Source of the DNA: Acidilobus sp.
Lineage (GTDB): Archaea > Thermoproteota > Thermoprotei_A > Sulfolobales > Acidilobaceae
Assembly: GCA_049977005.1 (NCBI GenBank)
Contig: JBMFHE010000003.1
Span: forward strand, 92,694-156,693
Length of the DNA: 64,000 nt
Direction: 5' to 3'
Below are positions 17,747 to 26,984 of the stretch, piece after piece; the stretch's first letter is position 1; each line of letters opens with the position of its first letter. Both the position numbers and the translations under genes were made by a program. Below the pieces are notes generated by a model. That model saw nothing but the letters and a program-made list of their open reading frames with translations, did no database searches and had not been told where the DNA came from.

Positions 17747-20647
17747 TCACCTCTCAACGTATATCGCAGGCTTGCCTGGCAAGGCCTGCTCCCTTCTCGG
17801 CGCCGTCGAAGTCTCCTCGGGCTCAACTCGCACGGGCACGCCGAGCTCTCTTGAAAGGAACTCGCTAGACTCAAGGAGGGACCTCAGCTCAAGGTCCCTT
17901 TCAACGAAGAGGTTGACTACCTCGGGCGACCTTAGGACGGCCTGGGTGACCTTCGCGACCTGGTCCTTAGGCACCCCGTAATCCCTGTTCATAACCTCCC
18001 TCACAGCGTCCCTGAGCGGCACACCCTTGGAGGTCAGCGATATGAGGTCTGAGAAGACGGCGTACTTCCATCCGGCAGCGACTATTATGGTGACCGACTT
18101 GGCGCCTCTCAGGAGCGTCACGACCTCCTTCACATCATCGAGGGTCCTCTCAACTATCTCCTCGCCCTTCTCGACGTCAGGCCTTATCTTGCTCTCGTCG
18201 AAGGTTGGCCACCTCTCCGTCACCACCAGGCTCTCCTTACCTATCCTGTGCCAGGTTTCCTCAGCGACGTGCGGGGCGAAGGGCGCCAACATTAAGGTGA
18301 CGTACTCTACGAACTTCCTCGTGAGCTCCCTGTTAGGGCTCCCGGCCCTCCTCACGTACCATTTGAAGGAGTTCTGCAGGCCGTAGAAGAGCTTGACGAA
18401 GGCCGACTTGAACCTCTGGTTCTCCATGTCATTCGTTACCTCCTTGACGACGCTGTTGAGCTTGCTCTCGAACCATGAATCGATGGCAAGCCAACCCTCC
18501 CTTCCCTTACCGTAAAGCTCGGTGGCTGCGTCAATCCACGAGAGCAGGTCGTTCGCTGCCGAGACTAGGTCGTTTAAATTGAAGTTGGCGTCGTCAAGGC
18601 CGGCATCAGCGCCCGCGAGGACCTCGGCGACCCTTGTAGCGTCGGCGCCGGCTGCGTCGAGGACCTCCCTAAGCGTTATGAAGTTCCCCTTGTGCTTGCT
18701 CATCTTCTCGCCGTTTATGAGGACCCACCCATTTATGCCAATGCCTCTCGGCCACTTGTCCTCATCGAATAGCGCTGCGTGGTGGTAGATGAAGAAGAGG
18801 AGGTGGTTCTGCATGAGGTCCTTGCCGCTTATCCTCATGTCGACTGGGTACCAGTACTCGAACTCCCTCCTCGCCGCCTCAACTAGCCCCCTGTCAAGGC
18901 CTGTGGCCCTCGAGACCGAGTCAGGGTCCCCGCGCCCGAGGAGCACGTAGTCGAAGAACTCTGGCTTGAGCTGATCCGGGTTAACCTTACCCTGGATCAG
19001 GTGTGATATGGTGTAGTACGCCATGTAGATGGTCGAGTCGCTCAGGCTCTCTATGACCCACGTGGGGTCCCAGGGCAGTGGGGTGCCAAGCTCGTTCTGG
19101 TGAGTGAACGCCCAGTCCCTCAGCCAGTCGACAAGCTTCAGGAACTCGGCCTTAAGCTCAGGCGGGTAGAAGCTCATCCTTTCAACGGCGGCCTTCGCCC
19201 TCTCCTTCCACTGGGCGTCCCCGTACGTCAGGAACCACTGGTCCTCCACAAACTTCACGTGGGTTCTAGCGCCGCACCTGCAGTAGACCTTGGACGGGAG
19301 GGTGTAGACCTTCAGGGCGGCCCCAGCGGCTATTAGGTCCTTCTCGACAAGGGGCCTAGCCTCCATGACCTTTAGGCCCTCATATTTGCCGGTCCCCTTA
19401 CTCATCACGCCAGAGTAGAACTCCTTGGCATAGAGCTCCTTGGTGGCCTTGTCTAACAGATCCCTGTCATCCTGGCTCTTCACCTTGAGCCTCTTGACGA
19501 CCTCCTCGGCTGGGACACCCCTTATGTCCGGGACGTCTATGATCTTAATGGGCCTCAGGCGCTTGACCAGGTCGGGGCTGAGCCTCATCTTGGCCAGCTC
19601 GTCGTCCTGTAGCCTAGTGAGGTCCACCAGGGCCTGGTAGTCATAGGGTGCGTGGGCTGGGACGCTCATTACCAGCCCCGTGCCCTCGTCGGGTATGACG
19701 AACGAGGCCGGGAGGACCGGTACCTCACTCCCGTTGACGGGGTTTATCGCAATCCTCCCAACGAGGTCTATTCCCTTAACCTCGCCGACCCTTTTCACGC
19801 TGTGCTTCTGGTCAGCCAGCTCGTCAGCCATGTAGTCGTTCATTACAACCTTTTTGCCGTCAAGTTCAACTATGTAATAAATGGCGTCAGGCCTCACCCA
19901 GATGTTAGTTACGCCGAATATCGTCTCGGGCCTGTAGGTGAGCGTCGCCAGGCTGAGGTCCTCGTCCTTGAGCTTGAAGAGTATAATGGTGGCCTCGACA
20001 GGGCCTATGCCCACATAGTCGTCAGGCCTATCATGATCCCCGACGACCTTCTTCTCACGGGGGCACCAGACGACCGGGTGGCTGCCCTTCCTTACGAGGC
20101 CGAGGTCCTTGAGCCTCAGGTACTGCCACTCGACGAACTTGCTGAAGTAGGGGTTCAACGAGGTCGTGTAGAACTTCCTCCTCCAGTCAATGCTCAGGCC
20201 GTATCTTCTCAGGTCCTTCTCCCACTCCTTGGTGAAGTACGTCACCCACTTGGCGGGATCCTTAAACTGGTCTATCTCATCGTCAGGCACGCCCATAGCC
20301 TTAAGCTCCGCTCGGACCTTCTCGTCGCCCTCGGCGAGCCTCCTCGCCGACGCTACTATGGGCCCTCCCGTGGCATGCCATCCTTGGGGAAAGAGGACGT
20401 TAAACCCCCTCATCCTCTTATAGCGGGCAATTATATCAACCCTCAGTATAGTGAACGCGCTCCCTATGTGAGGAAGGCCGTTCATGTATGGGAAGGGGAA
20501 GGTGACGAAGAACTTCGGCTTCCCTGGGTCGGCGTCGGACTCGTAGACGTGTCGCTCCTCCCAGACCCTCTGCCACTTGGCCTCGATCTCCTTGAGCCTC
20601 TCCGAGAGCGGCCTAAGCTTATCCACCACGTCACTTGGCAGCGGCAA
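17747..20647 (-). CDS. leuS: Leucyl-tRNA synthetase
   Basis: FPYMNGLPHIG (HIGH-like), KMSK, IESLSDSTIY, SGKDL; probable start TTG at 20647. Confidence 0.96.
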   Translation of the reverse strand: MPLPSDVVDKLRPLSERLKEIEAKWQRVWEERHVYESDADPGKPKFFVTFPFPYMNGLPHIGSAFTILRVDIIARYKRMRGFNVLFPQGWHATGGPIVASARRLAEGDEKVRAELKAMGVPDDEIDQFKDPAKWVTYFTKEWEKDLRRYGLSIDWRRKFYTTSLNPYFSKFVEWQYLRLKDLGLVRKGSHPVVWCPREKKVVGDHDRPDDYVGIGPVEATIILFKLKDEDLSLATLTYRPETIFGVTNIWVRPDAIYYIVELDGKKVVMNDYMADELADQKHSVKRVGEVKGIDLVGRIAINPVNGSEVPVLPASFVIPDEGTGLVMSVPAHAPYDYQALVDLTRLQDDELAKMRLSPDLVKRLRPIKIIDVPDIRGVPAEEVVKRLKVKSQDDRDLLDKATKELYAKEFYSGVMSKGTGKYEGLKVMEARPLVEKDLIAAGAALKVYTLPSKVYCRCGARTHVKFVEDQWFLTYGDAQWKERAKAAVERMSFYPPELKAEFLKLVDWLRDWAFTHQNELGTPLPWDPTWVIESLSDSTIYMAYYTISHLIQGKVNPDQLKPEFFDYVLLGRGDPDSVSRATGLDRGLVEAARREFEYWYPVDMRISGKDLMQNHLLFFIYHHAALFDEDKWPRGIGINGWVLINGEKMSKHKGNFITLREVLDAAGADATRVAEVLAGADAGLDDANFNLNDLVSAANDLLSWIDAATELYGKGREGWLAIDSWFESKLNSVVKEVTNDMENQRFKSAFVKLFYGLQNSFKWYVRRAGSPNRELTRKFVEYVTLMLAPFAPHVAEETWHRIGKESLVVTERWPTFDESKIRPDVEKGEEIVERTLDDVKEVVTLLRGAKSVTIIVAAGWKYAVFSDLISLTSKGVPLRDAVREVMNRDYGVPKDQVAKVTQAVLRSPEVVNLFVERDLELRSLLESSEFLSRELGVPVRVEPEETSTAPRREQALPGKPAIYVER

Positions 20648-20762
20648 CTCGTTATCCCCGCGCTCGGCGCCTTCATTGGAAGAACGAGTTAAATGTGTTA
20701 GGAGGACCTGGTGAGCGTTAAGGGGCCCAGGCTTATATGGCCCGTAGGGCTTAGGGCGCGAG

Positions 20763-21104
20763 GTGCTGTGCGTGGGCTCTGAGGAGAAGCCTGAGGTCGT
20801 GAGGACTTTTACCGGCGAGGGGAAGGTCGGCAAGGCCCTGAAGAACGTCGCCATGATCAGCCTTAGACCTGAGGACTTCTCGAGCCCCGTGGCCTTTCAG
20901 ATGGCTCTATCAAGGCTCTACGAGTCGGTCATGAAGATGTTCGAGTCAGGCGGGCCAAGGCAGACCTACGTAGTTGAGGTCAAGTTCACTGACGACCTGG
21001 GGAACCCCATAAGCTTCGCCGTCGACCTTGGGGAGTCGGTCCCGCCCTTCTCAAGCGACAAGGTAAAGGTTGAGGTGTCCGTCAGGATCTACGAGGAGCA
21101 GTGA
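20763..21104 (+). CDS. Hypothetical protein
   Basis: Clean ORF divergent from leuS, typical codon usage. Confidence 0.7.
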   Translation: MLCVGSEEKPEVVRTFTGEGKVGKALKNVAMISLRPEDFSSPVAFQMALSRLYESVMKMFESGGPRQTYVVEVKFTDDLGNPISFAVDLGESVPPFSSDKVKVEVSVRIYEEQ

Positions 21105-21147
21105 ACCCCAAGACAACTTATAGCCCCTTGAGGTACTCCTCCACCTG

Positions 21148-21215
21148 GCTGGATGATGACTAGAACCCGGACTGCCAAGGGACACCTATGAGGAATCCTA
21201 GTCCAGCTGACAGCT
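21148..21215 (+). ncRNA. Candidate C/D-box sRNA
   Basis: Box C ATGATGA 21153-21159, 12-nt guide, D'-like CTGC, C'-like ATGAGGA 21188-21194, 12-nt guide, box D CTGA 21207-21210; flanks GCTG/CAGC can pair. Confidence 0.75.
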
Positions 21216-21323
21216 AAACTTCCGGTGGACGCAACGTCAACGCCTGGCCAGGGGTATTTCAGGGGTGAAGCTCTGGGCAAGGCGCTTGAACCTGATTTAT
21301 GCTATGCCGCATAGACACTCGCG

Positions 21324-21833
21324 GTGCCGCAGGTCTTGTCAGTCGACTCAAGCCCCGAGGCAAGGACGGGGTCAATAGGACTCGAGCACGGCCTCGAGGG
21401 AGTTGACGAGCTGGCCGACGAGGTTGCGAGGCTCCTCTTCATAGCCGGGTCTCAGAGGGGCGAGGTAGCGGTACAGCTCTCGCTGCTGGCCTCGATGATA
21501 TTTGACGAGCTTATATCTAGGTCTAACCTGAAGGACCACGCCCAGGGGGTCGCCCTGTATACGGGCTTCCCCATGACCGACGCCGCGGACCTAGTAGACT
21601 GCCTCGGCGACAGGAGGGTTGGGGGTCTTCTGGGGGCCGCCGCCAAGGCCCTCATCACCGGGGTACTTGAGGTTGACAACAAGGACCTAGAGCTCTACGC
21701 GGACTGCCTCGGGTGGGCCGTGAGCCCTGACAAGCTCCCAGACGATGTATCGAAGGCGGCGGCGGTCCTGGTGTCGTTCACAGGGGCCTTGAACAGGTGG
21801 CTTAACGAGCTCGCCCATGGCGTTGTTGGATAA
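21324..21833 (+). CDS. Hypothetical helical protein
   Basis: 169-aa ORF with no recognised motif. Confidence 0.55.
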   Translation: MPQVLSVDSSPEARTGSIGLEHGLEGVDELADEVARLLFIAGSQRGEVAVQLSLLASMIFDELISRSNLKDHAQGVALYTGFPMTDAADLVDCLGDRRVGGLLGAAAKALITGVLEVDNKDLELYADCLGWAVSPDKLPDDVSKAAAVLVSFTGALNRWLNELAHGVVG

Positions 21834-21938
21834 TGATGGATTCTTCTTTAAAATAACATATTATTTGGTAAAATGGCCTAGTTGAAAAGCTTTCACATAA
21901 AGTACGCTTTTATATCAGTTCCTATTAAAATAAGACCA

Positions 21939-23618
21939 ATGAGGGGCCCACAGGTGAACGTATGGACCCAGCTCGTCAGTTACGGCTTCTGGGACCTCAG
22001 GGCCCTCTCAATAATTGGCATTGGCCTTCACTGGGGCATACTGCAGTACGTGCTCGGGCTCCCCTTCATGGCCTTCATAGCTGAGCTCATATATTTTAAG
22101 ACCAAGGACGAGGACTGGATGAGGATAGCCAAGGTCCTCGTGAAGGCGACGGCGATAGTGTTCGCTGTCGGGGCCGCGACAGGCACGCTCGTGGAGTTCG
22201 GCCTAATAACGGTCTGGCCGAGGGTCTTGGCGGCGGTGGGCAAGTGGCTCTACTTCCCCATGTACGCCGAGGTCTTCGCCTTCATAATGGAGGTCCTGGT
22301 GATATACATGCTTTGGTACGGCTGGGACAAGCTCTCCCCGAAGGCTAGGCTCGTACTGACGTTCTTCGCCTTCATAGGCCCTTGGTACTCGGGGGCTATG
22401 ATCGTTGCCGCGAACTCGTACATGCAGGTCCCTACGGGCCTGGTGCCGGACTACAACCCTTACACGGGGCAGTGGCTTTACTCTGAGGGGTACCCCAAGA
22501 TACTTGTCGCCATACCCACGTCGATAGCATCGCTGCTCAACGTGACAACCCTTCAGTCGCTCGGGGTTCAGATCAAGGGGACGGCCGGCAACGTTGTCCT
22601 GGCCTATGTGCCGGTCAAGATAGTTGACAGGCTTGTCTACGAGTCCTTCGCTGGGTACACGCTGAACCAGAGCGTGCTGAGGCTGGTCTTAAAGGCCGGC
22701 GCGCTTAACGACCCAGGGCTCGCGTCAACTCCCGTCCTGACGGTCCTGACTGCGATACTTGACGCGACCGTGAAGTACTACAACCCGTATGCGTACCTCT
22801 TCGAGTCCCCTGACTTCGTCCCGTCGCTGATGCATAGCATAGGGGCAGGCCTCGTGGTCTCAGGCTTCACCACGATGGCGGCCTATGGGACGAGGCTTAT
22901 GAGGGCCAAGGACGAGAGGTACAGGAGGTACCTTGAGAAGGCCTTCAAGTTCGCGATAGTCTTTTCGCTCGTCGCGATAGCTTACGAGGGCCTCATAGCT
23001 GGCCATGAGATGGGCGTCACTGTGGCCAAGTACCAGCCAGAGAAATTTGCAGCCATTGAGGGCCTTGGGGTGCCGGGCTTCACCTCAATAGCCGAGATCT
23101 TTCACACGGGGCCTATAGAGAAGCTCCTGGCCTACGGCACCCTGAGCGCTCACCTGCCCAAGTATGGGCAGATACCGCCTGGGTGGGGTAACATATCAAG
23201 CACCCTCGGGGTCCCAGGGACGTCAACCTACCTCCCGCCGCTAATCGTGGACTACACCTACTACGCCATGGTCTTCATAGGGATAGCCCTGGGCGTCTAC
23301 GCCCTAATACTCACGGGCTACGTAGCCCTGGGCAGGACGGCCAGGATCCACAGGGTGTGGCTCTACCTCCTAATACCCGCTGCAGTCCTCGCCCAGTTCG
23401 CCAGCTACATGGGCTGGGCGACCAGGGAGATAGGGCGGCTGCCCTGGGTCGTCTACGGCGTCATGACGCTGAGCGACACGGTGACAGTCAACCAGCCCCC
23501 CGCCTGGGGCGTGGCGCTCTACTCCGTGTTCTACGTCCTCCTGGGCGTGTCGCTGGTCTACGCTGTCTACAGGTTCCTCTGGGTGCCGTCGAGGTCTGAG
23601 AGGCTTGAGCCGGTCTAG
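21939..23618 (+). CDS. cydA: Cytochrome bd-type oxidase subunit I
   Basis: GLHW, FAVGAATG..EF, ANSYMQVP, QPEKFAAIEG, GWATREIGRLPW; start at 21939 or 21954. Confidence 0.93.
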   Translation: MRGPQVNVWTQLVSYGFWDLRALSIIGIGLHWGILQYVLGLPFMAFIAELIYFKTKDEDWMRIAKVLVKATAIVFAVGAATGTLVEFGLITVWPRVLAAVGKWLYFPMYAEVFAFIMEVLVIYMLWYGWDKLSPKARLVLTFFAFIGPWYSGAMIVAANSYMQVPTGLVPDYNPYTGQWLYSEGYPKILVAIPTSIASLLNVTTLQSLGVQIKGTAGNVVLAYVPVKIVDRLVYESFAGYTLNQSVLRLVLKAGALNDPGLASTPVLTVLTAILDATVKYYNPYAYLFESPDFVPSLMHSIGAGLVVSGFTTMAAYGTRLMRAKDERYRRYLEKAFKFAIVFSLVAIAYEGLIAGHEMGVTVAKYQPEKFAAIEGLGVPGFTSIAEIFHTGPIEKLLAYGTLSAHLPKYGQIPPGWGNISSTLGVPGTSTYLPPLIVDYTYYAMVFIGIALGVYALILTGYVALGRTARIHRVWLYLLIPAAVLAQFASYMGWATREIGRLPWVVYGVMTLSDTVTVNQPPAWGVALYSVFYVLLGVSLVYAVYRFLWVPSRSERLEPV

Positions 23619-23629
23619 GGGGTGAGAGC

Positions 23630-24823
23630 GTGACGTTCTACAGCTCGGTGTTCTGGCTCGCCTTCAACTTCGGCATACATATAGTTATGGTTAACCTAGT
23701 GATAGGGCTCGCTGTGCTCGTGCCGCTGCTCAAGTACCTGGGCGAGAAGAGGGGCGACCAGCTAACAGTCAACATCGCCAGGAGGCTCATGAAGTACTAC
23801 GCGGTGACCTATGGCGTCGCAGGAGTCTTCGGGACGGCCTTTACCGTGTTCCTGTTCTCTTACTACCCGTTCGCGACGCTCCTGCTAGGGACAATAGCGA
23901 TAATACCCTTCGCCATAGCCATAGCGTTTGTCGGCCTGAACTTCTTCTCACTTATAGCATACTGGTACGGCTGGGACAGGTGGAGCCCCAGGACGCATAA
24001 CCTGATCGGCATCCTCATGGCCGCCTCCGCCGTCATGATACCCTTCGGCTTCAGGGGCGTCTTCGCGTTCCTCAACGAGCCTGTCGGCCTTGAGTTCACG
24101 CCAAGCGGGCCCACCCTCAACGGCCTTCAGGCCTACTCCAACCCAACTTTCTGGCCCCTCTACCTGTCCAGCGTGGTTGGCGCCCTCACCGCGACCATGA
24201 TAGCCATAATGGCCGGCTTCGGCGTCGCCTACCTCAGGAGCCCCGACCCAGAGAGGGCCTACTTTGAGGCGTCGCTCAGGAAGTTCCTTATCCCGTCGCT
24301 CATAGGGCTGCTCGTCATGATTCCACTGATGTTCGCCTACCTGATGTCACTTGTCAGCGTCCCCTTCAAGTTCAACAGCATAATGGAGGGGTTCGGGGTC
24401 GTCATAGGTGACACCGGCTCCTACGACTTCTCATGGATATTCGTCCTGCACCTCGCAATGGTCGCGATTCAGTTCCTGTCCCTCCTCTACCTAGTTTACG
24501 CGGGCTTCAGGGGGTCACTGGTGTCAAGGGGGTCGGCGCTGGCAGCGATAATCGGGGGCGCCGCGGCCTTAGGTGGAATAGAGGCTGGGGAGATGCTCAA
24601 CGCCTTCTCGCAGTTCCCAAGGTTCATCGCGTCCCTCACGAGCCAGCAGGCCCTCTCGTTCCCGCAGCCCTACGGTCAGCTGCTGGCGACCTATAACAAC
24701 CTGACAAACTACAACTCGCTCGCAGCCGCGCCATTCGCCCAGTTCTTCACGTCGTTCATGATGGCCGTAATGATCGTGGTCCTGGTGGCGTTCATCTACG
24801 TCATCTTCTTCAAGAAGAAGTAG
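23630..24823 (+). CDS. CydA'-type second subunit of the bd oxidase
   Basis: N-terminus parallels CydA (IHIVMV.., YGVAGVFGT, YWYGWDR, FLNEPVG); GGGGTGA SD; directly follows cydA. Confidence 0.8.
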   Translation: MTFYSSVFWLAFNFGIHIVMVNLVIGLAVLVPLLKYLGEKRGDQLTVNIARRLMKYYAVTYGVAGVFGTAFTVFLFSYYPFATLLLGTIAIIPFAIAIAFVGLNFFSLIAYWYGWDRWSPRTHNLIGILMAASAVMIPFGFRGVFAFLNEPVGLEFTPSGPTLNGLQAYSNPTFWPLYLSSVVGALTATMIAIMAGFGVAYLRSPDPERAYFEASLRKFLIPSLIGLLVMIPLMFAYLMSLVSVPFKFNSIMEGFGVVIGDTGSYDFSWIFVLHLAMVAIQFLSLLYLVYAGFRGSLVSRGSALAAIIGGAAALGGIEAGEMLNAFSQFPRFIASLTSQQALSFPQPYGQLLATYNNLTNYNSLAAAPFAQFFTSFMMAVMIVVLVAFIYVIFFKKK

Positions 24824-24920
24824 GCGTTAGGCGTCCCTAACCGCCAAGGGAGCTTTTCTTCCCTCCCTTCTATGCGTTTAGATGAACATGGTAAAAGCGC
24901 TTTTTATGGCTGAGACTGTG

Positions 24921-24936
24921 TATCGGTTAACCGATA
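24921..24936. promoter_or_regulatory. Perfect 16-bp palindrome, putative operator
   Basis: TATCGGTTAACCGATA, between a TTTTTA box and the CDF start codon. Confidence 0.6.
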
Positions 24937-24946
24937 GTGGTGGCCG

Positions 24947-25807
24947 ATGCAAGGGGAAGTAGGCCCAGGAGCCGCTGGCCCAGCGAGGTCACTCCTGCGT
25001 ATAACGATAGCCGCCGCTGCCATAGCCTCGGTCGCTAACATACTGGGCGGCATAACGTTCCATAGCAGGCTGCTCGTGTTGAACGGCTTGACGTGTATAG
25101 CAAACCTCGTGACGACCGTTGTCAGCTCCTTCTATTACCTTAAGTCAATGATGCCGCCAGACAAGGACCACCCCCTCGGCCACGCAGGCTACAGCTTCAG
25201 CTCCGCCGTCTTCGCGCTCCTGGTCTACGCGTTCGTGCTTGGGCTCGGAGTTGACGAGGTCCTTAACCCGTCACCCTATAGGGTGTCCGGCATCGCGTGG
25301 ACGGTCCCCCTAGGTGTCGCCGTCCTATACTCAATTGCGGTGTTGGCTGGCAAGAGTGTCGGCGGCGAGGTCGAGGTCTACGCCAACCTGACGACGAGCG
25401 AGATAGCCGAGAGCCTGGTGGCCCTCGTCATAACCCCCCTCGCCCACAGCTACGGCTACTGGATCGACAGGCTCGGCGCGTTAGGCATGTTGATCTACCT
25501 CGCCTACCAGGTCGTCACGAACGGCAGGAGCGTCCTCTACGAGCTCTCGATGCCATCCCCGCCTCCAGAGCTAGTTAACAGGCTGATTAACGACATAAGG
25601 TCTATGGGCTACGAGGTGAAGGACCTGAGGCTCAGGTCCATAGCAAGGTCCCAGGTGATAGGCTACGTGGTGATAGGGGTTCCCTCGGACCTAAGCGTTG
25701 AGGAGGCCCACAAGGCCGCGGACCTCCTTGAGAGGCTCGCGAAGTCCAAATACAACGTGGACCTCGTGGTTCACGTGGAGCCTAAAGGCCCTGAGAGAAA
25801 CGCTTAA
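24947..25807 (+). CDS. Cation diffusion facilitator (CDF) transporter
   Basis: [12 protein letters not shown] helices, C-terminal SVEEAH...VVHVEP. Confidence 0.88.
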   Translation: MQGEVGPGAAGPARSLLRITIAAAAIASVANILGGITFHSRLLVLNGLTCIANLVTTVVSSFYYLKSMMPPDKDHPLGHAGYSFSSAVFALLVYAFVLGLGVDEVLNPSPYRVSGIAWTVPLGVAVLYSIAVLAGKSVGGEVEVYANLTTSEIAESLVALVITPLAHSYGYWIDRLGALGMLIYLAYQVVTNGRSVLYELSMPSPPPELVNRLINDIRSMGYEVKDLRLRSIARSQVIGYVVIGVPSDLSVEEAHKAADLLERLAKSKYNVDLVVHVEPKGPERNA

Positions 25808-25841
25808 TAGGCAACCGAAGTTTAACGCTGAGGGTGCAGCC

Positions 25842-26033
25842 ATGCCGAAGGAGATGACCTGCGCGTTCTGTGGGAGGCCCATAGAGCCGGGGACAGGCAG
25901 GATGTACGTCACGGAGAGAGGCGAGGTTCTGTGGTTCTGCAGCAGCAAGTGTTATAAGAACGCGATAAAGTTGAGGAGAAACCCCAGGAAGCTCAAGTGG
26001 GCCAGGCCGTGGCTCCTGAGGTCGCTAGCCTAG
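25842..26033 (+). CDS. rpl24e: 50S ribosomal protein L24e
   Basis: [28 protein letters not shown]. Confidence 0.95.
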   Translation: MPKEMTCAFCGRPIEPGTGRMYVTERGEVLWFCSSKCYKNAIKLRRNPRKLKWARPWLLRSLA

Positions 26034-26165
26034 CCCCTGTACCGAGGTCAGGCTTCACCTTACTATTGCCCGTTAAGGCCAGGCCTTACACGGGTCACGT
26101 TGAACGCTCGTGCGGGATAGGTGTTTAAAAGAGGCAGAGCCATCCATACCCTGGGTAGCCTAAAT

Positions 26166-26933
26166 ATGGCGATGGCTGCGCCCCCGTCCGCGTATGATCG
26201 GGCGATTACTATATTCTCCCCAGACGGCGAGCTGTACCAGGTTAGGTACGCCTTTGAGGCCGTCAGGAAGGGGTGGACAAGCCTTGGAATATTGACGAAC
26301 AGCGGTGTCGTCCTGGCCGCCGAGAAGAGGAAGACCATGCTCCTGCTAGACCTTGACGGCATTGAGAAGATATACAGGGTCGACGACCACATAGGTGTGA
26401 CCTTCGCGGGCATGGGAAGCGATGGAAGGGTTCTGATCGACTACGCAAGGCTCGTCGCAGTTAGGCACAGGCTGACGTACGGTGAGCCCCCCTCAACTGA
26501 GTACGTAGCGAAGGCCGTGGCTGACGTTAAGCAGCTCTATACGCAGCACGGAGGCGTCAGGCCCTTCGGCGTAGCCCTCATATTTGGCGGCGTTGACCCT
26601 GACGGAACCCCTAGGCTCTACAGGACTGAGCCGGGAGGCCAGTACTTCAGCTACTACGCGGTCGCGATAGGCCTTGGCGGGGATGCCGCCAACAGCTACC
26701 TTGAAAAGGTCTACAGGAGGGACATGAGCCTCGAGGACGCAATAAAGGCCTCTATAGTCGCGCTCTTCAAGGGCAGGCTGGCCTCAAGCGACGAGAAGAA
26801 GGATGAGCTCCTGGCCTTCTTTGACAGGTACATCGAGATAGCCTACGTTGACGTTAAGGAGAAGGTCTTCACGAAGGTAAAGCCTGACGTGATAAGGAGC
26901 TACATAAACGAGGTTAAGGGGGAGCTAGCTTAG
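26166..26933 (+). CDS. psmA: Proteasome alpha subunit
   Basis: YDRAITIFSPDG.LYQV.YA, YTQHGGVRPFGV. Confidence 0.96.
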   Translation: MAMAAPPSAYDRAITIFSPDGELYQVRYAFEAVRKGWTSLGILTNSGVVLAAEKRKTMLLLDLDGIEKIYRVDDHIGVTFAGMGSDGRVLIDYARLVAVRHRLTYGEPPSTEYVAKAVADVKQLYTQHGGVRPFGVALIFGGVDPDGTPRLYRTEPGGQYFSYYAVAIGLGGDAANSYLEKVYRRDMSLEDAIKASIVALFKGRLASSDEKKDELLAFFDRYIEIAYVDVKEKVFTKVKPDVIRSYINEVKGELA

Positions 26934-26984
26934 AGGCGCTCCACTAAATAGGCGCGGGAAGCCCTTGCCTCTGAGGGAGGGAGC

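Noticed and set aside
19652-20692. 346-aa plus-strand ORF
   Set aside because: Antisense shadow of leuS, typical of GC-rich coding DNA; the same applies to the many other antisense ORFs in the track
20648-20854. Long N-terminal extension of LeuRS
   Set aside because: Overlaps the divergent gene at 20763 and its promoter; no synthetase-like sequence
25698-25841. N-terminal extension of L24e
   Set aside because: Overlaps the CDF gene; ATG at 25842 gives the normal length
26067-26095. GC-rich hairpin between rpl24e and psmA
   Set aside because: No sRNA box motifs found; cannot be distinguished from chance
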